Below, piece after piece: positions 56,880 through 64,000 of a stretch of DNA of 64,000 bases. The position numbers were made by a program, and so were the translations under genes. Position 1 is the first letter of the stretch. Each line of letters starts with the position of its first letter. The stretch lies in the NCBI GenBank assembly GCA_965215155.1, contig CBDCCY010000004.1, positions 3,870,151-3,934,150 on the forward strand. The letters are read 5' to 3'. The notes beneath the pieces are model-generated. The model saw only the letters and a program-made list of their open reading frames with translations, did not search any database and was not told the origin of the DNA. The DNA is from Vicinamibacterales bacterium. GTDB taxonomy: Bacteria; Acidobacteriota; Vicinamibacteria; Vicinamibacterales; UBA8438.

Positions 56880-58778
56880 CTACCCGAGGTCTCCGGGAAC
56901 GGCCGCCCCGGCCACCGAACCTGCGGTCGGGGGATCCGCCGCCTGCGCCTCCGCGTCGTCTTCGTGGGCGCGGATGACCTCCAGGAACGTCTCTCCGTAG
57001 CGTTCCAGCTTCGTGGCTCCGACGCCCGGAATGGCCGCGAACTCCTCCAGCGAGCGCGGGCGCCGCTCGGCCATCGCGACGAGGCTGGCGTCGTGGAAGA
57101 TGACGTAGGGCGGCACGCCCTGATCCGCCGCCAGCTCGCGGCGGAGCGCCCGCAGCGCGTCGAACAGCGCCTGGTCCGCCGGGCCGGAAACGGAGCGCGG
57201 TCGGTCCGTGCCGGCGGCGGCCCCCCGCCGGTCGCGCCGCGGTCGCGCCGCCGGCGCGTCGCGGCGGAGCGTGACGGCGATCTCGCCACGCAGGGCAGGG
57301 CGCGCCTCGCCCGTGAGCTGCAATCCCCCGTAGCCGTCGACGTCGACCCGCAGCAGGCCGCGGGCCACGAGCTGGCGGACGATCGACCGCCACTCCGCGG
57401 CGTCCCGATCGGCGCCGACCCCGAACGTCGGCAGCCGATCGTGCCCGAACCGCCGGACCCGATCGCCCGCCCGGCCGCGCAGGACGTCGACGACGTACCC
57501 CGCGCCGAAGCGCTGCCCCGTCCGGTAGACGCACGAGAGCAGCTTGCGCGCTTCCTCCGTGGCGTCCCAGGTCTCCGGGGGCTCGATGCAGTTGTCGCAG
57601 TTGGCGCAGCCTTCCGGGGGCGATTCCCCGAAGTACTCCAGCAGCGACCGTCGACGGCAGGTCGCCAGCTCGCAGTACCCGAGCATGGCGTCCAGCTTCC
57701 GCCGCTCGATCCGCTTGCGGGCCTCGTCCGCGTCCGAGCCGTCGACCATCTGCCGCCGCGTCACCACGTCCTGCAGCCCGTAGGCCATCCAGGCGGTCGC
57801 CGGCAACCCGTCGCGGCCGGCGCGGCCGGTTTCCTGGTAGTAGGCCTCCAGGCTGCCCGGGAGATCGAGATGGGCGACGAAACGGACGTCGGGCTTGTCG
57901 ATCCCCATGCCGAAGGCAATCGTCGCGACGATGACGACGCCCTCGCCTCGGACGAACCCATCCTGCGCGGCCTCGCGCTCGCGGGCGTCGAGGCCGGCAT
58001 GGTAGGGCCGTGCATCCACGCCGCGCTCGCGCAGCCAGTCTGCCGTCTCCTCGACCCGCCGCCGCGACAGGCAGTAGACGATCCCGGCGTCGCGGGCGTG
58101 CTCCTCCGCGAGGAGACGAGCGAGCTGATCACGCGGATTCTGCTTCGGGACGACGCGGTAGCGGATGTTCGGCCGGTCGAAGCCGCCGACGAACACCTCC
58201 GCGCCGTCGAGGTGTAGCCGGTTCAGAATCTCGCGGCGCGTCGCGTCGTCGGCGGTCGCGGTGAGCGCCATGCGCGGCACGCCGGGAAAGCGCTCGGCGA
58301 GCGCCGAGAGCTGCAGGTACTCCGGCCGGAAGTCGTGTCCCCACTGCGAGACGCAGTGCGCCTCGTCCACCGCGATCAGCGCCAGATCGACTTTGTCGAG
58401 CAGCGCCAGCGTCCGTTCTCCGAGCAGCCGCTCGGGGGCCACGTAGACCAGATCGAGCGACCCGGCCCGGAGCCCCGTCTCGACCTCGAGAACTTCGCGG
58501 TAGGTGAGCGTCGAGTTGAGGCACGCCGCGCGCACCCCGGCCTGCAACAGCGTCGTGACCTGATCCCGCATCAGGGCAATGAGCGGTGATACGACGAGCG
58601 CGGTGCCCGTCCGGACGAGGGCGGGGATCTGGTAGCACAGCGACTTGCCGGCCCCGGTGGGCATCAGGACGAGGCTGTCGCCACCGTCGATCGTGTGGGT
58701 TACGATGGCTTCCTGCTGGCCGCGGAACGTGTCGTAACCGAATACGCGGCGAAGAACGTCTTGCGCCGTGTCCGGCAT
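56880..58778 (-). CDS. recQ: ATP-dependent DNA helicase RecQ
   Basis: [46 protein letters not shown], a zinc-binding CRR...C.NCDNC, and a C-terminal HRDC region ([11 protein letters not shown]). The ATG at 58778 was verified. Confidence 0.92.
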   Translation of the reverse strand: MPDTAQDVLRRVFGYDTFRGQQEAIVTHTIDGGDSLVLMPTGAGKSLCYQIPALVRTGTALVVSPLIALMRDQVTTLLQAGVRAACLNSTLTYREVLEVETGLRAGSLDLVYVAPERLLGERTLALLDKVDLALIAVDEAHCVSQWGHDFRPEYLQLSALAERFPGVPRMALTATADDATRREILNRLHLDGAEVFVGGFDRPNIRYRVVPKQNPRDQLARLLAEEHARDAGIVYCLSRRRVEETADWLRERGVDARPYHAGLDAREREAAQDGFVRGEGVVIVATIAFGMGIDKPDVRFVAHLDLPGSLEAYYQETGRAGRDGLPATAWMAYGLQDVVTRRQMVDGSDADEARKRIERRKLDAMLGYCELATCRRRSLLEYFGESPPEGCANCDNCIEPPETWDATEEARKLLSCVYRTGQRFGAGYVVDVLRGRAGDRVRRFGHDRLPTFGVGADRDAAEWRSIVRQLVARGLLRVDVDGYGGLQLTGEARPALRGEIAVTLRRDAPAARPRRDRRGAAAGTDRPRSVSGPADQALFDALRALRRELAADQGVPPYVIFHDASLVAMAERRPRSLEEFAAIPGVGATKLERYGETFLEVIRAHEDDAEAQAADPPTAGSVAGAAVPGDLG

Positions 58779-58873
58779 CGGACGATCGTACCACGCGCGA
58801 AATCCGTGGCGGTGCAACCGGAGTCGGCGCACCGACAGGTGGCGGAAGGCGGGGCCAAGGCCCCGGGAGCCCC

Positions 58874-59470
58874 TCAGTTCGACCCGTCGGGCAACGGGTT
58901 GCCGCGGACGTCCATCAGGGTCCGGTAGCCGTCGGCGCGATCCCGCACCACATGAGCATCCCGGTAGAAGCCGGCGCTGCTGAAGGTGATCGTCACGTCC
59001 TCGGCTCCGAGGTTCTCCCAGTACCAGCCATGAATGCCGGTGAACGGCGCAATGTAGCTCCCGTGGGCGGTGTCGTTCTCCTGGGCGTCGAAGCTCTCCG
59101 CGTAGCCGGCGGGCGCTCCGTCGGGCGCGCTGTGCAGGTTGTAGGCAAGCGGTCCGGTGGCGCGCCACGAGTACAGCATGGCCGCCCCCTCCCGGATGCG
59201 GTAGGTGTACTCCACCCATTCTTCGGGCCGCAGTGTCAGTTCCACCGCGTCCGTCCGGTACTCGTCCTCCTCGGCGGTGACGGCAACCACCTGGGCGAGC
59301 GCGAGGAGGCCGAACAGCTCTCCCGTTCCGAGCGGGTCGGCTCCGTACTCGGCCGGCAGTACGGCACCCACGAAGACCAGCAGGGCCGCGACCAGCGAGG
59401 CGAGCGCCGCGATGCCGATCCTCCGCACGGAGATCGGCTGCGTGCCCGGGGGCGGTGCGGTGTCGGACAT
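58874..59470 (-). CDS. Hypothetical protein with one N-terminal transmembrane anchor and a roughly 130-aa beta-rich ectodomain
   Basis: The anchor is [21 protein letters not shown]. The ectodomain ([18 protein letters not shown]...[11 protein letters not shown]...[11 protein letters not shown]) has no family I recognise. It lies 10 nt downstream of the HupE-like gene on the same strand. Confidence 0.5.
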   Translation of the reverse strand: MSDTAPPPGTQPISVRRIGIAALASLVAALLVFVGAVLPAEYGADPLGTGELFGLLALAQVVAVTAEEDEYRTDAVELTLRPEEWVEYTYRIREGAAMLYSWRATGPLAYNLHSAPDGAPAGYAESFDAQENDTAHGSYIAPFTGIHGWYWENLGAEDVTITFSSAGFYRDAHVVRDRADGYRTLMDVRGNPLPDGSN

Positions 59471-59480
59471 CCCACTTCCG

Positions 59481-60173
59481 TCAGGGGTAGAAGACGTACC
59501 CGAAGAGCTGCTGGGCGGTCAGCACGAAGCCGCCGCCCATGAGCACGGCGTTCGTGACGAACGCGTGGCGCACGAAGCTCGGGCGCGTCCGCCAGACCGT
59601 GATCCCGATGAGCACTGCCGTCAGGGCCAGGATCTGCCCCATCTCGACGCCGACGTTGAAGCTCAGGATGTTGGCCACGAGACCGGCATCCGTGACCGTG
59701 AACTCCTGCAGCTTCGTGGCCAGGCCCAGCCCGTGGAAGAGCCCGAAGACGAGCACGGCCCCGCGCGTGTTGGGGCGGAAGCCGAGCACGCGCTCGAAGC
59801 CGCCCATGTTCTCGAACGCCTTGTAGCAGACCGACAGCCCGATGATGGCGTCGATGAGGTACGCGTTCACCTCGAGGCCGCCGAGCACGCCGGCCAGCAG
59901 CGTCACGCTGTGGCCGAGCGTGAACAGGCTGACGTAGAGGACGACGTCCCGCAGGCGGTAGAGGAAGAAGATGACCCCGACCAGGAACAGCAGGTGATCG
60001 TAGCCGGTCACCATGTGCTTCGCCCCGAGGTAGACGAACGGACCGGGTGCCGGCCCGTCGACACCCTGGACGAACGCCGCGTTCTGCGTGTCCATCGGGT
60101 GGGCGCCGGCGATCGGGGCAAGGGCCGTGACGAGGATTACGGCGAGCGTGCAGGTGAGCGGAAGGCGTCGCAT
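59481..60173 (-). CDS. HupE/UreJ-family membrane protein (second copy in the window)
   Basis: A signal peptide ending ..APIAGAHP, then GYDHLLFLVGVIFF...TLGHSVTLLAG...GLFHGLGLATKL...NVGVEMGQIL. The ATG at 60173 was verified. Confidence 0.8.
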   Translation of the reverse strand: MRRLPLTCTLAVILVTALAPIAGAHPMDTQNAAFVQGVDGPAPGPFVYLGAKHMVTGYDHLLFLVGVIFFLYRLRDVVLYVSLFTLGHSVTLLAGVLGGLEVNAYLIDAIIGLSVCYKAFENMGGFERVLGFRPNTRGAVLVFGLFHGLGLATKLQEFTVTDAGLVANILSFNVGVEMGQILALTAVLIGITVWRTRPSFVRHAFVTNAVLMGGGFVLTAQQLFGYVFYP

Positions 60174-60282
60174 CGCGTAGACGAACTCCCGGGTGCCGTT
60201 TGGATTGGTGGCGCCCGCAGACGGGAGCGCCAAGTCGCCCGCCGGCCCGGCGGCTACGGTGCCGGGCCGGCGGGCGGCGTGC

Positions 60283-61650
60283 TCAGTTCTCGGTCTGCGG
60301 CTTCTCCGGCATCGCCACCGAGTACTCGTAGAAGCCGTTGAACATCTCGTCCCAGCTCTGCTCGGCCCAGAAGACCTCGCGGTCCGGGGCCGGGTTGTAG
60401 CGGTTGCGGATCGAGTTGTCGAAGTGGCCGATGGTCATCAGCTTGCTGCCCGCCTCGATCTCGATCGGCTCGACGAGCTCGTAGAAGAGTTGCCAGTTGA
60501 AGTCGTAGTTCGGCACGCTGAGCAGCGTCTCCTCGGAGCCGTCCGGGCGCACCAGCACGTACTTCATGTCCTTGCCGCGCAGGTGCATGTGCGGGGCGAG
60601 GGCGTAGAGCGTCACCGCCTCGGTGAACGGCGTCGTGGCGACGAGCTTCCAGTTGCCGGCGTGCGGCGGGATGTTCGGCACGCGCGGGCGGCGCTGCCCC
60701 GGCGCGGCGACGACCTCGACGTCCTCGGCGATGAACGCGCCGCTGCCGCTCACCATCTTCTGGATCATCTCGGTCTCGACCGCTTCGGCGTGGAACCAGA
60801 GGCCGATCTCGGTGCGATCGGTCTGCGGCGTGCCGATCGGCGTGTAGTGCTGGTCGAAGCGGTAGTACCAGCCGGGGCTGATGCGCTTGCCGGTGCCGGG
60901 GCGGTAGCGCTGGAAGCCCTTGCCGGGGGCGTAGCCGATCAGCTTGTAGCTCTCGCGCGCGAAGACGAACTGCTGGCCGCCATCCTCCCGCTCGCAACCC
61001 TCGACCGGCTCAATCTGGCCGCGGGCGTCGAGCCGCGTGCACGGGGGAAGCCGCGCCATGTCGATCACGGCGTGGTGCACGGCGGCCCGGTTGCCGGGGC
61101 GCACCTCGATCCCCTTGATGAACCGGTCCTCGGTCAGGTCGTTCTTGACGTAGTACTGCTGGTAGGCCTGCTCGCCGTCCGCCGGCACCTCGACGGTGAC
61201 CGGCATCGGGACGATGAGGTCGGGGTCCCCCATGTCGCCGAGGGCCCAGTTGTCGGAGAACGCGGGCGGCTCCGGCAGGTCGGCGGCATCGCCCATCGGC
61301 GCCCCGGCGTCCACCCAGGCGGTGATGGTGTCGATCTCCTCCTGGGTCAGCCGGCGGTCGTTCAGCCACGCTCCGTACTGCGGATCGGCGAACCAGGGCG
61401 GCATCTCGCCGGACACGACCTTGTCCTTGATGGCCCGCGCCCACGGCCGCGTCTCCCCGTAGTCGCGGAACGCCATGGGCGCCACCTGTCCCGGACGGTG
61501 GCAGACCAGGCAGTTCTCGTACAGGATCGGCGCAACGTCCGCCGTGTAGGTGACTCCCTCGGCCGCGGCGGCGTCCGGAACCCCGCCGAGCGCCAGCGCC
61601 GCCAGGGCGGCGAGAGCGACGGCCGTTCTCGATTGCATCCGCTTCGTCAT
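60283..61650 (-). CDS. Exported fusion of a mono-haem c-type cytochrome domain and a PHM/DBH-like type-II copper monooxygenase fold
   Basis: A signal peptide and a CxxCH motif in ILYENCLVCHRPGQVAPMAF. There is an HH pair (NRAAVHHAVIDM), an HxH in APHMHLRGKDMKY, and SWDEMFNGF, resembling the PHM CuH (HH..H) and CuM (HxH...DEM) ligand motifs. Confidence 0.6.
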   Translation of the reverse strand: MTKRMQSRTAVALAALAALALGGVPDAAAAEGVTYTADVAPILYENCLVCHRPGQVAPMAFRDYGETRPWARAIKDKVVSGEMPPWFADPQYGAWLNDRRLTQEEIDTITAWVDAGAPMGDAADLPEPPAFSDNWALGDMGDPDLIVPMPVTVEVPADGEQAYQQYYVKNDLTEDRFIKGIEVRPGNRAAVHHAVIDMARLPPCTRLDARGQIEPVEGCEREDGGQQFVFARESYKLIGYAPGKGFQRYRPGTGKRISPGWYYRFDQHYTPIGTPQTDRTEIGLWFHAEAVETEMIQKMVSGSGAFIAEDVEVVAAPGQRRPRVPNIPPHAGNWKLVATTPFTEAVTLYALAPHMHLRGKDMKYVLVRPDGSEETLLSVPNYDFNWQLFYELVEPIEIEAGSKLMTIGHFDNSIRNRYNPAPDREVFWAEQSWDEMFNGFYEYSVAMPEKPQTEN

Positions 61651-61654
61651 CTGC

Positions 61655-61683
61655 TGCTCGCTCCCCCTGCGTGCTCGCTCCCC
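61655..61683. repeat. Direct repeat tgctcgctcccc x2 in the leader of the cytochrome/monooxygenase gene
   Basis: Exact 12-mers at 61655-61666 and 61672-61683. On the coding (minus) strand each reads GGGGAGCGAGCA. The proximal copy doubles as the Shine-Dalgarno region. Confidence 0.7.
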
Positions 61684-61735
61684 TCGCGGTCGCCGGGACG
61701 ACACTCCGACTCTCCCGCGACTCGGACGACCGATG

Positions 61736-62593
61736 CTACTGGTTGTCGTTGGTGGTCCGGCCCCCCTTGGGGCCGATGGTGTTGCGCAGGACGCCGACGT
61801 CCTCGAGCTCGATCTCGACGACGTCCCCCGGCTGCATCGCCGACGTCGTTCCCGGCGTGCCGGTAAAGACCATGTCGCCCGGCTCCAGCGTCACGTAGCG
61901 GCTGATGTAGCTGACCAGGAAGGAGGAGTCGAACAGCAGGTCCGACGTGCGCTGCGACTGCAGCGTCTCGCCGTTCACGCGGGTCTGGAGCAGCAGGTCG
62001 TCGTAGTTCACGCCGCGCGCCATCACCGGACCGACCGGTCCGAACGTATCGGCGCCCTTCGCGCGGAACCACTGCAGATCGCCGCCCTGCCAGACGCGCT
62101 CGCTGATGTCGTTCCCGGCGGCGACGGCGAAGATGTAGTCCGGGGCGTCCTCGACCGACACGTCGCGCGCGGTCTTGCCGATGATGAGCACCATCTCCCC
62201 TTCGAAGTGGAGATTGGTCGCGTCCTCGTAATAGGTGATCTCCGCCCCGTGCCCGATGAGCGACGTGGCGTGCTTGTCGAAGAGCCCGGGGTACTCGGCC
62301 GGCTCCGCCCCGCCGAGGTGGCTGCGGTAGTTCAGGCCCGCCGCCACCACCTTCCGCGGGTCGGTCGGCGCGAGCAGCGTCACCTCGCCGAGCGCCACCG
62401 TGGCGCCGGTGCGCTCGGGCGATGCGAACACGTCGCCCGCGAGCTGGTGGATCGTCTCGCCCTCGAGGATCCCGTAGGAGACGGTGCCCTCGTGCTCGTA
62501 ACGGAGGTACTTCGTCACGTCCTGGGCCCCCGCCGACACGCCGGCGGCCAGCACCGCCAACGCCACCATCGCCACGACACCCTTGCGCTGCAT
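61736..62593 (-). CDS. Fumarylacetoacetate hydrolase (FAH) family protein with an N-terminal signal peptide
   Basis: KVVAAGLNYRSH...HFEGEMVLIIGK...AAGNDISER...GADTFGPVGP...LEPGDMVFTGTPGT are FAH-fold motifs. The N-terminus is MQRKGVVAMVALAVLAAGVSAGAQD. Confidence 0.85.
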   Translation of the reverse strand: MQRKGVVAMVALAVLAAGVSAGAQDVTKYLRYEHEGTVSYGILEGETIHQLAGDVFASPERTGATVALGEVTLLAPTDPRKVVAAGLNYRSHLGGAEPAEYPGLFDKHATSLIGHGAEITYYEDATNLHFEGEMVLIIGKTARDVSVEDAPDYIFAVAAGNDISERVWQGGDLQWFRAKGADTFGPVGPVMARGVNYDDLLLQTRVNGETLQSQRTSDLLFDSSFLVSYISRYVTLEPGDMVFTGTPGTTSAMQPGDVVEIELEDVGVLRNTIGPKGGRTTNDNQ

Positions 62594-62746
62594 CGCCTGC
62601 CTCCTGGGTCCGCGTGTACAGGGAGAACCCTCCCCGCTTGCGTGGAACATCATAGCGGATTGGCAGTCGCCCCGCGAGGTTGGGACGCCGATGGGAGGTT
62701 CGCGCGCCGATTGATCGACGCCGCGGGAACCTGGTACGGTCGACCC

Positions 62747-64000
62747 ATGGCCCACGTCCACCCGCCGCCGCCCGCGACCACGAGCGCCGACCTGCTGGCG
62801 CGCGATGCCGCCCACCTCATCCACCCGCTGCACGACGGCTCGCTCCACCGCAACGCCCGCGTCTGGGTGCGGGGCGCCGGCGCCGTCCTGACCGACGCCG
62901 ACGGCCGGGAGTACATCGACGGCCTCGCCGGCCTCTGGAACGTCACCGCCGGCCACGGCCGCACGGAGCTGGCCGACGCCATGCGCGACCAGGCCGCGGC
63001 GCTGGCCTACGCCTCCGGCTATTCGGGAAGCTCCAATCCGCGGGCGATCGAGCTGGCGGAGCGCCTCGCGGCGATCTGCTACCCGTCGATCAACCGCTTC
63101 TTCTTCACGAGCGGCGGCGGCGAGGCGACCGAGAGCAGCATCAAGATGGCGCGCGCGGTGTGGAAGCTGCGCGGGCGGCCGGACAAGACGAAGGTCGTCT
63201 CGCGCATCAACGCCTACCACGGCGTCACCCTGGCCGCGATGAGCGCCACCGGCCTCAGCCCCTACTGGCCGCTGTTCGAGCCGCGGGTGCCGGGGTTCCT
63301 GCACATCCCCTGCCCGGACCCCTACCGCTACGCGGCGCCGCCCGGCCGAAGCCAGGGAGTCGCCGCCGCCGACGAGCTCGAGCGGGCCATTCTCGACGCG
63401 GGACCGGAGACCGTGGCGATGTTCATCGCGGAGCCGGTGCAGGGAGCGGGCGGCGTGATCGTGCCCCCGGACGACTACTTCCCGCGCATCCGCGAGATCT
63501 GCGACCGCTACGACGTCCTGCTCGTCGCCGACGAAGTGATCACCGGTTTCGGCCGCACGGGGCGCCTCTTCGCGCTCGACCACTGGGGGGTGGAGCCGGA
63601 CATCGTGCAGTTCGCCAAGGCCATCACCTCCGGCTACTTCCCGTTCGGCGGCATCGGCGTCAGCGACGCGATCGCGGCGACGCTGGAGGAGGCCGGCCGG
63701 CCGTGGATGCACGCCTACACCTACAGTGCGCATCCGGTCGGCTGCGCGGTGGCGCTCCGCACGCTGGACATCGTCGAGGACGAGCGCTTCCCGGAGCAGG
63801 CCGAGGCCAAGGGCGGGGCGCTTCTCGGAAGGCTGAACACCGCGCTCGCCGATCACCCGCACGTCGGCGACATCCGGGGGAAGGGTCTGATGTGCGCGGT
63901 GGAGCTGGTGGAGGATCGGGCGTCGAAACGGCCCTTCCCGCCGGAGCGCGGCGTCGGCGCCGCGGTGCTGCGGGCGGCGCTCGACCGCGGGCTGGTGAGC
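62747..64000 (+). CDS. Class III (omega) aminotransferase, 3' end outside the window
   Basis: Not in the ORF track because it has no stop in the window. My own translation from the ATG at 62747 gives LWNVTAGHGR, FFTSGGGEATESSIKMAR, YHGVTLAAMSATG, LVADEVITGFGRTG and FAKAITSGYFP (PLP lysine). Confidence 0.85.
   Translation, partial: MAHVHPPPPATTSADLLARDAAHLIHPLHDGSLHRNARVWVRGAGAVLTDADGREYIDGLAGLWNVTAGHGRTELADAMRDQAAALAYASGYSGSSNPRAIELAERLAAICYPSINRFFFTSGGGEATESSIKMARAVWKLRGRPDKTKVVSRINAYHGVTLAAMSATGLSPYWPLFEPRVPGFLHIPCPDPYRYAAPPGRSQGVAAADELERAILDAGPETVAMFIAEPVQGAGGVIVPPDDYFPRIREICDRYDVLLVADEVITGFGRTGRLFALDHWGVEPDIVQFAKAITSGYFPFGGIGVSDAIAATLEEAGRPWMHAYTYSAHPVGCAVALRTLDIVEDERFPEQAEAKGGALLGRLNTALADHPHVGDIRGKGLMCAVELVEDRASKRPFPPERGVGAAVLRAALDRGLVS

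Overview
Very GC-rich bacterial chromosomal segment, judged by eye at roughly two-thirds to 70% G+C. The gene content resembles soil or sediment Acidobacteriota/Gemmatimonadota-type genomes, but that is inference only. About 58 protein-coding genes are supported by recognisable motifs in the ORF translations. Many ORFs in the track are N-terminally over-extended, or are antisense or out-of-frame artefacts of the low stop-codon frequency; I trimmed starts to start codons checked in the sequence. Housekeeping genes: clpB (partial), rho, coaD-rsmD, lexA, hflK-hflC, recQ, pepD, a NitT/TauT-type ABC transporter, and several aminotransferases and oxidoreductases. Accessory content: one IS630-family insertion sequence with TA duplication sitting on a host stop codon; three HEPN/nucleotidyltransferase loci, one a decayed in-frame chimera; a DUF433 gene; an SbcD/SbcC-like pair; an orphan STAS/anti-sigma-kinase pair. 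I saw no rRNA, tRNA or CRISPR array, though I cannot run a scanner. Most interesting observations: (1) an operon encoding a c-type-cytochrome/PHM-DBH-like copper monooxygenase fusion, a HupE/UreJ-type permease and an unknown anchored protein, with a second HupE-like gene divergent from an NHL-propeller (possibly PAL-like) gene 45 kb away; (2) a tightly coupled GT39 / orphan AmmeMemoRadiSam radical-SAM / YdbS / YdbT four-gene operon; (3) a REP-like palindromic repeat family (17-mer GCGTTGGGAGTCTGCGC and its inverse) that abuts the stop codons of minus-strand genes and in two cases supplies the last codons and the stop; (4) a putative oxidative keto-glycoside cluster including a Tat-signal TIM-barrel-DUF1080 fusion. 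All functional calls come from motif recognition by eye, and none was verified by a database search.
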